The notes: a model not told the origin generated them from the letters alone. A DNA stretch of 64,000 nucleotides from an uncultured Candidatus Saccharibacteria bacterium (GCA_964360585.1 CAYHXC010000004.1:15366-79365), one strand, 5' to 3'; shown: positions 1-10,586, counted from the first letter of the stretch. Translations and numbers: made by a program.

Positions 1-61
1 GGCAGGCGCAATGACAAGCGGAAAATTGTTAGAAAAGCCCTTTGGAACTACAATAAAAAGT

Positions 62-1744
62 ATGGTTGTTCAGCCACGCGATCTGCAAACAAAAGTTTCC
101 CATATTCGCCGTGATGCCGAAGAGCGGGCCGCCCAAGCGCGCGCCAAACAGTCGGGAACTGGGTATATTGATATCCGAAAGGCGCCAACCTCACTCGATG
201 CCTTACGGCTTTTAACCGAAGAACAGGCCCGGAAAGCCCAGGTGGCGGTTATTCAAACAAAACCTGGAGAGGCGGCGCTGGCCGCCTATGATCCGCGGAA
301 TGAGGAAGTAAAAGCAGTGGAGAAGATTCTTAAAGAAAAAGGTTTGACGGTGAAGTTGTTTACCGTTTCCGAGGATGGACTTGAAGAGGTGTGGAAGATG
401 TACCGTTTCGTGCCGGAGGAGGTGAAGGAGATTACCGGAAATGTTGAGGTGAGTAAGGCTGATTTTGATGAGACAAAGGCCCGGCTCAAAGATTTTCATG
501 GCGTGGAGAAAGAATTTGTCGCGATGGATTTTGAGCATGTTGGCACCACGAAGTTTTTTGAGCTCATCTTGGTCGGCGCGATTACGAGCCGCGCTTCCGA
601 TATTCACTTGGAGGCCGAGGAGAAGGGCGCGCGCTTCCGCTATCGTATTGACGGTGTGTTGCATGATGTTTCGGCGGTGGTGCCAACACGGAATTTTGAA
701 AATATTGTGACGCGCGTGAAATTATTAGCCGGCTTAAAACTGAATATTAAATCAGAAACACAAGATGGCCGCTTTACTATTCGTCTTGCGGAGAAAGATA
801 TCGAGATGCGTGTTTCGATTATTCCTTCGCAGTACGGCGAGACGATCGTGATGCGTATTTTGGATCCGGCCGGAATTAATGTGACGTTGGAACAGCTTGG
901 TTTTCGGCCAGACGATCTTGAATTAGTAAGGCATGAGCTCAACCGTCCGAATGGTTTAATTCTGAATACCGGTCCGACTGGTTCCGGAAAAACGACGACG
1001 CTCTACACTTTCTTGCGATCGGTCAGTAGTCCTGAGATGAAGGTAATTACGATTGAAGATCCGGTGGAGTATCACTTGCCGGGGATTTCGCAAACACAGA
1101 CCGATGCCAAGGCTGGCTACACCTTTGCGAGTGGTCTGCGCGCTATCTTACGCCAGGATCCGGATATTATTCTCGTCGGTGAAATTCGTGATTTAGAAAC
1201 AGCGGAAATTGCGATGAACGCGTCTTTGACCGGCCACTTGGTTTTCTCGACGCTCCACACGAACGACGCTTTGGGCGCCGTGCCGCGATTTGTGGACTTG
1301 GGCGTAAAGCCGGCGATCTTGGGACCGGGCTTAAGTTTGGTTATCGCTCAGCGTCTGGTGCGGAAGCTGTGCGAGAAGTGTAAAAAGCCAGCCGAGATAA
1401 ATGACGATATGAAAGGAAAGATTCAGCACTTCCTCGACACACTGCCGAAGCGTATAGACCGAAAGCCATACGAGAACTATAAAATCTACGAACCGGTTGG
1501 CTGTGAGGTGTGTGGCAGCTTTGGTTTTAAGGGACGACTGGGTATGTACGAGTTTTTCCGCAACACCCCCGAGCTTCAGGAGATGATCGCGCAGGGCGTA
1601 ACGGTAGTGGCGCTCCGCAAAGAAGCCAAAAACCAAGAGATGATTTTCCTCCAACAAGACGGAATCTTAAAAGTTTTACAGGGAGTTACATCCTTCCCCG
1701 AAGTGGTAGATGTGACGGGAGAAATCGAGTGGGAAGAAAAGTAA
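62..1744 (+). CDS. pilB: GspE/PilB family type IV pilus/T2SS assembly ATPase
   Basis: ASDIH, GPTGSGKTTT Walker A, TIEDPVEY, LRQDPDIILVGEIRD, TGHLVFSTLHTN and CxxC zinc motifs. Confidence 0.9.
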   Translation: MVVQPRDLQTKVSHIRRDAEERAAQARAKQSGTGYIDIRKAPTSLDALRLLTEEQARKAQVAVIQTKPGEAALAAYDPRNEEVKAVEKILKEKGLTVKLFTVSEDGLEEVWKMYRFVPEEVKEITGNVEVSKADFDETKARLKDFHGVEKEFVAMDFEHVGTTKFFELILVGAITSRASDIHLEAEEKGARFRYRIDGVLHDVSAVVPTRNFENIVTRVKLLAGLKLNIKSETQDGRFTIRLAEKDIEMRVSIIPSQYGETIVMRILDPAGINVTLEQLGFRPDDLELVRHELNRPNGLILNTGPTGSGKTTTLYTFLRSVSSPEMKVITIEDPVEYHLPGISQTQTDAKAGYTFASGLRAILRQDPDIILVGEIRDLETAEIAMNASLTGHLVFSTLHTNDALGAVPRFVDLGVKPAILGPGLSLVIAQRLVRKLCEKCKKPAEINDDMKGKIQHFLDTLPKRIDRKPYENYKIYEPVGCEVCGSFGFKGRLGMYEFFRNTPELQEMIAQGVTVVALRKEAKNQEMIFLQQDGILKVLQGVTSFPEVVDVTGEIEWEEK

Positions 1745-1790
1745 AAACTGTTGATTCTGGTAACTAAAGGTTGTAGAATCGGGGCACAAT

Positions 1791-2324
1791 ATGGACATCT
1801 ACACGGGGGCAGGAGTAGTCATTGGGATCATAGTCCTTTGTTTCATCGTCAAGGGGCTTATTGATGGAACATACCATATCTCAGAAGTGACTCTTGCCCC
1901 GCCCTTTCTGAAGTTTTCTAAAACCAGCAACATAGCGTCTTCGCGGAATATTATTGTAGAAACTAACACGGGGAATCATAATGATGACTTGAATATCACG
2001 CCTGCCATCATACATGATTTTCACAGCAATCTTGGGCCTCTGAAAAGTGATAGTGATGCAAAAAGATTTGAAGAGATTAAAGTTTCGTGGAAGGTTAAGC
2101 TATTTTCAGCTTGGGAGGATAAAGAAAATTATGTTTTATATATGACCTCCACAGATCAAAGAATGGGAGTTCCGCATCTATTTTCTATATACTGTAATGT
2201 CCCTATAAAAAAATACCCCAAGATTAAAGTTTTAGATAAAAATAAAGTTTTTACAGTAAATGGAATAGTAGCTACTACAGGAAGCTGGGAAGCTCGTCTA
2301 AGAGATTGCGATCTAATATTTTAA
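1791..2324 (+). CDS. hypothetical membrane-anchored protein
   Basis: 177-aa ORF with N-terminal hydrophobic helix. Confidence 0.6.
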   Translation: MDIYTGAGVVIGIIVLCFIVKGLIDGTYHISEVTLAPPFLKFSKTSNIASSRNIIVETNTGNHNDDLNITPAIIHDFHSNLGPLKSDSDAKRFEEIKVSWKVKLFSAWEDKENYVLYMTSTDQRMGVPHLFSIYCNVPIKKYPKIKVLDKNKVFTVNGIVATTGSWEARLRDCDLIF

Positions 2325-2388
2325 TTCTATATTGATTGCTTCTAATAACCTTTCCAGATTTATAAGATGTTGTCAGAGGTTTCAATTT

Positions 2389-2880
2389 ATGTCCAAGTTC
2401 ACAATCGTAAACGAACAGGATGAGGTTATTGGTTATAAAGATTTGTCGATGATAACAGGAGGGGACATCAACCGTTCTGCTGCGCTTTGGATTACAAACG
2501 ACGAAGGGAAAATTCTTCTGGCCAAGCGGGCATTGATGAAAGAAAGAGAACCAGGAGTATGGGGACCAGCCGTTGCCGGAATGATTGAAGAAGGCGAGAC
2601 ATACTACTCCAATATCGTAAAAGAAGCGGAGGAAGAAATTGGGCTTAAAGGTATCCAGCCTACAGAAGGACCAAAAATCAGAGTTTCTCAGAAACATAAT
2701 TACTTTTGTCAGTGGTATCTTTTGGTTTTTAATGGAAGTCTTTCCGATTTAAAAATACAGGAGGAAGAAGTTTCTGAACTAAAATGGTTTTCTCCGGAAG
2801 AGTTAAAAAGGCAGCTCATAAACTCTCCAGAACAGTTTATTGATTCCGCGAACGGCTGGATCGAGTGGTTTCGGCTGTAA
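2389..2880 (+). CDS. NUDIX hydrolase (Idi-like)
   Basis: GMIEEGETY...KEAEEEIG Nudix box; IVNEQDEVIG N-terminus. Confidence 0.85.
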   Translation: MSKFTIVNEQDEVIGYKDLSMITGGDINRSAALWITNDEGKILLAKRALMKEREPGVWGPAVAGMIEEGETYYSNIVKEAEEEIGLKGIQPTEGPKIRVSQKHNYFCQWYLLVFNGSLSDLKIQEEEVSELKWFSPEELKRQLINSPEQFIDSANGWIEWFRL

Positions 2881-2957
2881 AAAACCTTCCAGAATGGCGA
2901 AGAAAAATTGACTTTGGGAAGAGAGGGCTATATAAAGTCTATAGTGGAGGAAGGAAG

Positions 2958-3248
2958 ATGCTTTTAAAGAGTCTTGTTCAGGGGCTAGGATCTCTCGTTG
3001 TCGGATCTCGAGGCGAAGATGACGACTTCCAGGGGGAGTTGCAGATCAAGACTTCAGAAGAAGTTCCTATGTCTCGGATACGGGAGCTGTGTGAACAGCA
3101 CTATGCTACGCTTGAAGCGGAATTTCGGGACAAGCACGGGGGAGAGAATTTTTGCAGTTGGGGCATTTGGCGGAATGACGATCCCCGGGCCGTAATTGTT
3201 ATTACGAAGGCGGGAAGTTTGATTCTCATCACCCTCTATCCGTCGTAG
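2958..3248 (+). CDS. hypothetical protein
   Basis: GGAGG RBS, upstream TTGACT-17-TATAAA, downstream terminator. Confidence 0.6.
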   Translation: MLLKSLVQGLGSLVVGSRGEDDDFQGELQIKTSEEVPMSRIRELCEQHYATLEAEFRDKHGGENFCSWGIWRNDDPRAVIVITKAGSLILITLYPS

Positions 3249-3253
3249 ACACA

Positions 3254-3283
3254 ACCGTCTCAATGCAAGGCGGTTTTTTATTT
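3254..3283 (+). terminator. intrinsic terminator
   Basis: AACCGTCT...AGGCGGTT hairpin followed by T-tract. Confidence 0.6.
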
Positions 3284-3335
3284 GCAAAAAGATGGGCGGG
3301 ACGTTAGGATGATACGAGTTTTTTGAGGAGGCGAA

Positions 3336-3695
3336 ATGAAGGGAATAATAAAAAAGATCGACAAAGTACGGCAGGCATTCTCGGATGTGGTACGAAACTA
3401 TCCGATTGACGATGTGAAATGGAGAAGGATGATTGAAGCCTTTCGGGCAGTTACTTCTGACGAAGCATTTGATCGATGGCCTCAGTCTCTCCGATTCAGT
3501 ATCACATTTTTGTACGATGTCCTTATGTTCACGCCGCGCGAGCAAATCACCAAAGAAATGTTGGTGGTAGTGGCGAAAGAGTTACGTAGGATCAGTGCCT
3601 GGAAAGGTGACTGGAAAGAGTGCCACATCCAAGTCTATGAGGCTATTCGCGCCACTGATTTCGAAACCTTTCCCCAACCACTCGAAGAGCATTAA
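3336..3695 (+). CDS. hypothetical protein
   Basis: GAGGAGG RBS, 119-aa ORF, downstream hairpin plus T-tract. Confidence 0.6.
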   Translation: MKGIIKKIDKVRQAFSDVVRNYPIDDVKWRRMIEAFRAVTSDEAFDRWPQSLRFSITFLYDVLMFTPREQITKEMLVVVAKELRRISAWKGDWKECHIQVYEAIRATDFETFPQPLEEH

Positions 3696-3785
3696 ATCGT
3701 GAGTCCTTCGTGGATTCGCGATTTTTTATTTAGTTGCGCCAAGGCTTTGAAAATCGTAGAATAGGGAAAGTTTGAGGGAGGCTTA

Positions 3786-3998
3786 ATGAGAAAGCGCTTA
3801 AAAAAGAAGATCAGAGGACCAATTCCTTTGAGAAAGTGGAAAGGTCCTTCAAAAAGAGAAGTAGCTTCTCGACGAAGGATTCTGAAGAAACATCCTATCG
3901 CCTCAGTTCTCTTCGCTGTGGCGGATGGCTTCCGGAAGATGTCCGGAAGCAGAAAAGTACATATTACTATTGGTGGTCACGACGACAGCGATCTGTAG
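3786..3998 (+). CDS. small basic hypothetical protein
   Basis: GGGAGG RBS, terminator downstream. Confidence 0.5.
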   Translation: MRKRLKKKIRGPIPLRKWKGPSKREVASRRRILKKHPIASVLFAVADGFRKMSGSRKVHITIGGHDDSDL

Positions 3999-4071
3999 CC
4001 GCTTGCCTTATCAATGAGGCGTGCGGTTTTTTATTACTCGCATAAAACTGCGGGCGGAAGCCCGTGGAGAG

Positions 4072-4821
4072 TCACTTTCGGTCGGGGATCATATCCCAGA
4101 ATGCTTCGAAAAGTGTTTTCTGTGTTTTAGCGAGCTCTACACTTTTAATAACCAGGATCATTCCTTCGGAAGCAGGGGAGATAAAAGCGACACGATCACC
4201 GAATATAATCGTAGTGCAAGAAACTTTATAGGTGTGCGGCAGAATTTTTGAAACGCGATTTTCTTTTTTATCTTTCGCAATAATTTCTTTAGCATACTCG
4301 GAGAAGGATAAGAGCTGACGGCTGTGAATTCCTTTTTTCACTTTTTTCTGAATAATTTGATTCGTAATATAGCCGTTCCGGACAAAGCCTAACATTTCTT
4401 TCGGATCGGTGATGATCATGTAGTCTTTGATGCCAGATTCCAAGACAAATTTCCAGGCTTTTTTAAATCCTTCACTGCCGCTTAAAAAATAAACGCGGGG
4501 TTTTTGATTCTGTTCGGTGTAGATTGGGGTAAACAAAGGAAGTGTTTTGGAAAACGATTCGACGTTCTCGCGAAGACTTTCAAGAATTGTTTCCGGCTTT
4601 TCGGCGACGTAGTACGTATGTTTTTTAACGGTGGTTTTAGAGACGAGGCCGCGCGCCTCAAGAACTTCCAAGATGGCGTACATGCTGGTTCGTTTAATTT
4701 TGGCTGTCTTGGCAATATCTTCGACGGTGCCATCGCCGAGCTCAAGAAGTGCTAAGTAGGTTTTAGCTTCGTTCTCGGAAAAGTTCGCTTTCTCGAGGGA
4801 CTGGAGTAGTTGCTTGTGCAT
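4072..4821 (-). CDS. TrmB family transcriptional regulator
   Basis: FSENEAKTYLALLELG...RTSMYAILEVLEARGLV winged HTH plus C-terminal effector domain. Confidence 0.85.
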   Translation of the reverse strand: MHKQLLQSLEKANFSENEAKTYLALLELGDGTVEDIAKTAKIKRTSMYAILEVLEARGLVSKTTVKKHTYYVAEKPETILESLRENVESFSKTLPLFTPIYTEQNQKPRVYFLSGSEGFKKAWKFVLESGIKDYMIITDPKEMLGFVRNGYITNQIIQKKVKKGIHSRQLLSFSEYAKEIIAKDKKENRVSKILPHTYKVSCTTIIFGDRVAFISPASEGMILVIKSVELAKTQKTLFEAFWDMIPDRK

Positions 4822-4949
4822 GCCTTGAATATAGCAAAACACCATGGAAAAGATAGCTGAAATGTTGTCGGAAATAAAAACATTTTCTATTTGAATTGGT
4901 CGAAAAAAATCTATAGTTCATCTCAGATCGTTTAAAAGGAGGACGACAG

Positions 4950-5312
4950 ATGGCCTTAACAGTGTTTGAAGCGTTGGTCTTAGCCCACTTGATCGGCGAC
5001 TGGCTCTTCCAGACCGAGTATGAGGCCATGAACAAGGCGAAGGGCAAGTTCTTGAACGGTGCGATCATAAAGCACTGCTTCACCTACACCCTGGCTTTCG
5101 TTCCTGTCTTCGCTTGGTTTGGAATTCCTCTGTGGGGCTTGGCGGTCATCTACGCCACGCACCACTTTCTCGATCGTCGTTGGCCGATCATCTGGTTCAT
5201 TCGGACCTGCAAGTTCACGGACCAGAAAACCATCGACGCTTTGTTCTGGCTGGTGATCGCGGTTGACCAGGTAGTTCATGTCCTGATCCTGGCCGCGATT
5301 GCGATTGCCTGA
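4950..5312 (+). CDS. DUF3307 family membrane protein
   Basis: LAHLIGDWLFQT...HHFLD...DQVVH motifs. Confidence 0.85.
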   Translation: MALTVFEALVLAHLIGDWLFQTEYEAMNKAKGKFLNGAIIKHCFTYTLAFVPVFAWFGIPLWGLAVIYATHHFLDRRWPIIWFIRTCKFTDQKTIDALFWLVIAVDQVVHVLILAAIAIA

Positions 5313-5434
5313 ATCGACCGCAACCCCTCGCTTTTCGAGGGGCTTTTTATTTTACAATCCTTGCCGTTGAAGGGCGTGAGCCCGTGGTTCTTTACTTGCA
5401 GAATAAAAAAGTCCTAGTGGATAAACCACTAGGA

Positions 5435-5896
5435 CTATGCGGCTCGAGGCAGTATTTTTAAATGCGCGATTTTTTTCCTCTTGCTATTATCTTCGCGCTC
5501 GGCAGGTCGGAGATACAGAGTCTCGTTTCTATTGCCATAGGGTTTCATCCGAACGCGGCGCTTTGCCAGTTTTTCCGCCACTAACTGTTCAAGATATTCG
5601 GTGATTTGTTCCAGTGAGAATACCTTTCCCAAGGTGCTTTCAAGGGAAATTCCCTTTTCTTCGAAAAGCAGAGATCGGACCTCATCAGCCGTTCTCCACT
5701 TCGAGCGGCTAAGAGTTGCCTCAACGTCATCTTTTGTTATAGGAGACAGGGTCAACGCGCGATAGGCGGCGCCAAAAAGCGTTCCCACAAGACCGACAGC
5801 GAGAGCTTGTGAAATCGAATTCGTTGCCCATCCAGTGACAAGAAAAAAAAGAATTCCCGTGAGGAGTGCAGTCCTTAAAACAGTACCTTCTTTCAT
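5435..5896 (-). CDS. hypothetical membrane protein
   Basis: two N-terminal TM helices; GGGAGG RBS. Confidence 0.6.
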   Translation of the reverse strand: MKEGTVLRTALLTGILFFLVTGWATNSISQALAVGLVGTLFGAAYRALTLSPITKDDVEATLSRSKWRTADEVRSLLFEEKGISLESTLGKVFSLEQITEYLEQLVAEKLAKRRVRMKPYGNRNETLYLRPAEREDNSKRKKIAHLKILPRAA

Positions 5897-6028
5897 CGTA
5901 ATCCTCCCCGTGAGCTAATTAGGTTGTAGCAATTTTTTTTATTTTCTCCAAATTGGAGCGATGAAAAAAGAAGAGAAATTTGATCGGATCCTTGCTTTAT
6001 GGGATAGAAGAGTCTAGGGTGAGCATAT

Positions 6029-6580
6029 ATGGCTTTCTTTAAGAAACCAGGAGGGTTCGGCGGTGGTCGCCGAGAGGATAGAGGCGGGGATCGTGGCGGC
6101 AGTCGCTTCGGAGACAAACCGCGTTTTGGCGGCGGCAAACCCAGCTTTGGCAACAAGGGCGGATTTCGTGGTTCCGATGATCGCGGCGGTTTTGGCGGAC
6201 GTCCTCCAGTCCAACTTTTTAAAGCCACGTGCAGTAATTGCGGGAAAACCTGCGAAGTGCCTTTTCGACCGACAGGAGAAAAGCCGGTGTATTGCAATGA
6301 TTGTTTTGGCGCGACCAAGGGCCGCGAAGGCGGCGCCCGCAGTTTTGAGAAAAGAGATTTCAAACCACGTGAATCTTACCGACCGAGAGAGGTTGTTCCA
6401 GCGCCCGCTCCAGATAAGCGGATTGATGATCTCAAGAAACAACTCGACGCGATTCAAAGAAAGCTGGATGACGTAATGCAGCTTATTACCGCCACAAAAA
6501 TTAGCGCTGTTTTGACCAAAGTGGAATCAAAGAAAAAAGAAACCACTGCCAAAAAGAAAGTTGAGCCAAAAAAGAAGTAA
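6029..6580 (+). CDS. CxxC-x17-CxxC zinc-ribbon protein with RGG-rich N-terminus
   Basis: FKATCSNCGKTCEVPFRPTGEKPVYCNDCF. Confidence 0.85.
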   Translation: MAFFKKPGGFGGGRREDRGGDRGGSRFGDKPRFGGGKPSFGNKGGFRGSDDRGGFGGRPPVQLFKATCSNCGKTCEVPFRPTGEKPVYCNDCFGATKGREGGARSFEKRDFKPRESYRPREVVPAPAPDKRIDDLKKQLDAIQRKLDDVMQLITATKISAVLTKVESKKKETTAKKKVEPKKK

Positions 6581-6594
6581 GGAATTTCTAAGCC

Positions 6595-7101
6595 ATGCAG
6601 GTTCCTTGGCGCCGATCAGATAAATTCAAGAAAGTTGATGATGGTCCGGTGTATATAACAGAAGAAGGCCTCAAAAATTTAAAAGAGAAATTAGTTCATC
6701 TAAAAAAAATACTGCCCGGCTATATTGCCGAGGCTAAGCGTACAGCGGCCTACGGCGATCGCTCGGACAATGCCGAGTATAAACAGGCTAAGGGAATGTT
6801 GCGGCGGACGAACTATCAGATTTTGGAAATTGAAGGTCAATTAAAAAGAGTTTCAGTTATTTCTTCGAAGGAAAATACATCCGGCGTGGTGCAATTGGGT
6901 TCGACAGTTATTTTAAAAACTCAGGATGGGAAAGAAAAAACATTTCAACTTGTCGGACCAATGGAAACAAATCCTGGTGGCGGACGAATTTCTCACGAGT
7001 CGCCGTTAGGGAGCGCGCTTTTAAAAAAGAAAGCTGGAGAAAGGGTAGTAGTAAAAACTGCGAAGGGATCGGAGGAATATCTGGTTCTCGAGATCAAATA
7101 A
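6595..7101 (+). CDS. greA: GreA/GreB family transcription elongation factor
   Basis: YGDRSDNAEY and ISHESPLGSALL motifs. Confidence 0.85.
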   Translation: MQVPWRRSDKFKKVDDGPVYITEEGLKNLKEKLVHLKKILPGYIAEAKRTAAYGDRSDNAEYKQAKGMLRRTNYQILEIEGQLKRVSVISSKENTSGVVQLGSTVILKTQDGKEKTFQLVGPMETNPGGGRISHESPLGSALLKKKAGERVVVKTAKGSEEYLVLEIK

Positions 7102-7132
7102 AAAAGCCCTGATCGATCGAAATCGATAGGGC

Positions 7133-7594
7133 TTATGCTGCTTTTTTTCTGGCGTTTCGCGCCCGGATCATTTCCTGAATGTTACGAGCGATACTTTCGG
7201 GTACGATGCAGTACTGCCGCTGATTGAGAGGAGTTGGTTTCCCCTTCGCTCTCCACACGAGCGGCGGGCGGCGAACAAATACCACCACCGAGGAACTTTC
7301 CTCCAGCTTGGAGAGATATCTCTCGACTCGTTCAACGAGCCTTCTCTTTGTTGCCGCGTCTTCAATGAAGACACTTCTGTGCGAGAGAATTTCAACGCAT
7401 ACTTCGAGGGCGGTTTTTCCCACGCCGCGATTGTTCCCTAGAATTTTGGCGCACGCCGCCACGGCTGTTTTTTCTTCGACTCGATTCAGAACAGAGAGCA
7501 CATCTTCCTGTCGAATGAGAGGTGCAAGCCATTCAGATAGCCTCGTGATACTCACGGATGTTTTCCGGAAAAGTCTGCGCCCCCAATTTTTCAT
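7133..7594 (-). CDS. hypothetical protein
   Basis: GAGGGAGG RBS, 153-aa ORF. Confidence 0.55.
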   Translation of the reverse strand: MKNWGRRLFRKTSVSITRLSEWLAPLIRQEDVLSVLNRVEEKTAVAACAKILGNNRGVGKTALEVCVEILSHRSVFIEDAATKRRLVERVERYLSKLEESSSVVVFVRRPPLVWRAKGKPTPLNQRQYCIVPESIARNIQEMIRARNARKKAA

Positions 7595-7773
7595 TGTATT
7601 CCTCCCTCGTGAACTGCCCCCTTTATAACAAACTCCCAGCTTTTCTTCAACTAGGCGGCATATTCCTCCATATTGTTTTCGTATTTCAAGCGTATGAAAA
7701 TCAGAGTGAAGATTAAGTGAACAATAAAAAAATCGCCGAGGGGAGCGATTTTGAAAATGTTCTAAAAAATAAG

Positions 7774-8952
7774 TTACTGTCTGATACGGATGTTAATTAG
7801 TTCTTCACTATTCTTTTTTTCTACGGCCACAGTTGTTGTTCCCTTTAAAAGATCGCTGTGTACTTCGACGCCAATCGTTCCGGAAACACTGCCGCCATGC
7901 TCGCTTGAACTTCCAGTCTCCAAGGGGAGGGCTTCGTCGCGATCAGCATCATTTTTCTCGTCAGTTTGCATCTCACTTCTCACATCTACTGCCGTCTTGG
8001 ATTCGTGGGCGATCCGAATAGCATCATTTGCCAGGTTGAATGCTTCGCCGTACAGACCAGCTTCATTTTTTACTTTGGCTTGGATCAAAAGTTCGTCGGA
8101 CAGCGTAAGAAGAGCTTCGATTTCCGAGGCATTCTCGAGACGTAGTTTATTCTCTTTTTTTGCCACGTATTTTTTTGTTTCGAGCAGTATCTTCCCAGCC
8201 GCCTTAATCTTAGCGTTCGCGGCGTGTTCGGTGCTTGAGCTGTTATCGGACTTAATTTTTTTCTCTAGTCGAACCCGGGTTTCGGTGGCGGATGAGAGCG
8301 CCTTACTGATTTTTGTTTCCAGTCGAGAGGGAGGGGGCGCGGCTTCAGGGAGGGCGATTTTTGCGCTCATCATCATTGTTGCTCCGGTGTCGCTTTGTGC
8401 GGTGCGAGCAGCAATTTTCTCATGACCCTGAAGTGTGCCCTCAAATCGCGCCGCTAAACTCGCGGCCTCACGTTCCTTGCCATTTTCCTCAAGTTTTGCC
8501 ATATGCTCCAGTGTTTTTTCCTCATGCGTTTCAAACTCGTCCGAGAGTTCGGTTTCAGTTTTCGCGTCAAGTTTCCCTTGTAGCGCGAGGCGCGATGCTT
8601 CTTCGAGACGACGACTGGCCAGTTCAGCCTCCCAATCGCCTTTAGCCTCTACGCCAAACGAGAGAGCGCCCACGACTGGTTCGTTCACCTGTTTTTTGAC
8701 AATATAGAGCAGATCGCCGGGCAATGTTTTCTCGGCTGCCAGCGAAGTTCCTCCGCCGATCAAAAAGATAATCACAAAAATGATAGCGGGCACTTTGGTA
8801 AGTTGGTACAAGAAATGACGACCGACAGGTTTTTTGATAGCGAGATCAGCCTCAATGAGACGGCTTAAATTGCCGCGAATGATATTTTTGCGTTCAAGGT
8901 CGAGACGGATCTCGTTCCGGGCTTTTTTCAGTTGTTCAAAAAGTGGTTCCAT
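7774..8952 (-). CDS. DUF5667 domain membrane protein, probable anti-sigma factor
   Basis: AAEKTLPGDLLYIVK...RRLEEA motif after one TM; directly downstream of ECF sigma. Confidence 0.8.
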   Translation of the reverse strand: MEPLFEQLKKARNEIRLDLERKNIIRGNLSRLIEADLAIKKPVGRHFLYQLTKVPAIIFVIIFLIGGGTSLAAEKTLPGDLLYIVKKQVNEPVVGALSFGVEAKGDWEAELASRRLEEASRLALQGKLDAKTETELSDEFETHEEKTLEHMAKLEENGKEREAASLAARFEGTLQGHEKIAARTAQSDTGATMMMSAKIALPEAAPPPSRLETKISKALSSATETRVRLEKKIKSDNSSSTEHAANAKIKAAGKILLETKKYVAKKENKLRLENASEIEALLTLSDELLIQAKVKNEAGLYGEAFNLANDAIRIAHESKTAVDVRSEMQTDEKNDADRDEALPLETGSSSEHGGSVSGTIGVEVHSDLLKGTTTVAVEKKNSEELINIRIRQ

Positions 8953-8957
8953 GGATT

Positions 8958-9455
8958 TTAAAGTAACTTCTTTAAGGATTGCATTGCCCGATTGAGTTTT
9001 ACGGAAACGTTATTGGCCGTGATATTCATTATTTCGGCAATTTCCTTAGGGTCAAGGTCGTCAAAATAGCGAAGAGTGAGAAGCGTTCGTTCGTCTTCTT
9101 CGAGATCAGCCATCTGTTCTTTGATGTTTGCAAGAAGGGTGTTCCGTTCGATGTCTTTATGTCCGGCATACGACGGTTCGGCAATCTGATCATTCTCGAG
9201 CATCGCATCAAGTTCCGCCTCTTTTTTCTTTCGCGATTCGTCGATGATCAAGTTTGTGGCAATTTTATAAAGCAGAGCGCGGATGTTTTCTATCTCTTTT
9301 CCGTCGGACATATAAACCCAGAGTTTAGTAAAGGCTTCCTGCATTAGATCCTCGGCGCGAGCCTTGGAGTAGACGCGAAAGTAGCAGTGGCGGTAGATCG
9401 CCTCGGCATGGTCATCATATGCTTGGAGAAAAATATTTTTCGGATTTCTTGCCAT
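8958..9455 (-). CDS. ECF RNA polymerase sigma factor
   Basis: region 2 (AEDLMQEAFTKLW, LYKIATNLIID) and region 4 (PKEIAEIMNITANNVSVKLNRA). Confidence 0.92.
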   Translation of the reverse strand: MARNPKNIFLQAYDDHAEAIYRHCYFRVYSKARAEDLMQEAFTKLWVYMSDGKEIENIRALLYKIATNLIIDESRKKKEAELDAMLENDQIAEPSYAGHKDIERNTLLANIKEQMADLEEDERTLLTLRYFDDLDPKEIAEIMNITANNVSVKLNRAMQSLKKLL

Positions 9456-9588
9456 AGTCTGTGACGTTGAGATTGGGTCCTTCTTTCATATTATATACCA
9501 CTACTCGTGGTCAAGGAGGTAAGAGGGAAGTTCATGATCCGTCGTACATACAAAGGTCGCGTATTATGAACCTTTTACATTTAACTCT

Positions 9589-10521
9589 ATGAACAAAAAA
9601 ACATTTATCGTTTCGTTACTCGCAGTAGCCGTCCTCGTCGGATCTCAGGCTGTCCTTGCGAAAGAGCAAGTAGCGCACAAAGAAAATAAAAAAAGTGAAT
9701 CACATCAAGAAGTGAAAGCGCATACTTCTGTTGCGCCTTCAATTCCCTCCAATACTTCCTTAGAAATTGGACAAAATGGTCGAGTCAACATATCCGATGC
9801 ACGCGTCATGAACATTTCTGGATCAGTCATAACAGCCACGACCAGTTGGGGTGGATTCACCATGGTCTGGACGATCAACGTGAATGGCAATACAAACTTC
9901 AACGCTCGCTATGGCGGAGTCTTGAATCTCGAGAATATTGCTCCCGGCGATCACATTAGTGTCAAGGCGACGATTACCGGAAACGGCCCGACAGTGCTCG
10001 CCTCGGCCATCACCGATCTCTCGATGCAACGTCGAAACGCTACCTTCTTGGGAACCATTACGAGTATTAATTCGGGAGCACAGAGTTTTGTGGTGAATAC
10101 GAAAGAGCGTGGTTCGCAAACAATTCTTGTTTCCTCGTCGACTAAGTTTTTGGGAACGCTCAACAACTTTTCTGCTCTGACTATCGGAGCCAAGGTGCAG
10201 ACGAGTGGTATCTGGAACTCAGATCAGAACTCGCTTCAAGCCGCTCATGTTTTGATCTCCAAAGAGAAACAGAACGAAGAGCGTGTTTTCCAGGGAACGA
10301 TCAAATCAGTGAATGCCTCCACGACACCGCAAACAGTTGTGGTGCACATTGAAAACAGTGATCAGACAGTTACGCTTGCCGCTGACACGGTGATTCTCAA
10401 TTTCTCCTGGCAGCATGTACCGCTTACTGCCTTCAAAGTAGGGGATATACTTCGTGTCTATGGTATCGGCCAGGATCTTTCGATCGGCGCCACCGTGGTT
10501 CGAGATATTAGTCTGAAATAG
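9589..10521 (+). CDS. secreted DUF5666-like repeat protein
   Basis: signal peptide; repeated GTITSIN...T.F...L.IG..V.V.G beta units. Confidence 0.7.
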   Translation: MNKKTFIVSLLAVAVLVGSQAVLAKEQVAHKENKKSESHQEVKAHTSVAPSIPSNTSLEIGQNGRVNISDARVMNISGSVITATTSWGGFTMVWTINVNGNTNFNARYGGVLNLENIAPGDHISVKATITGNGPTVLASAITDLSMQRRNATFLGTITSINSGAQSFVVNTKERGSQTILVSSSTKFLGTLNNFSALTIGAKVQTSGIWNSDQNSLQAAHVLISKEKQNEERVFQGTIKSVNASTTPQTVVVHIENSDQTVTLAADTVILNFSWQHVPLTAFKVGDILRVYGIGQDLSIGATVVRDISLK

Positions 10522-10537
10522 GAGAAAGTGTGAATCA

Positions 10538-10561
10538 AAAAACGGCCTTCGGGCCGTTTTT
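10538..10561. terminator. bidirectional intrinsic terminator
   Basis: AAAAACGGCC-TTCG-GGCCGTTTTT. Confidence 0.75.
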
Positions 10562-10586
10562 GCTTTTTACATCAAAAGGGTAGATC

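Noticed and set aside
5435-7594. C-terminal AA ends of two hypothetical proteins as ClpXP degrons
   Set aside because: Two cases are compatible with chance.
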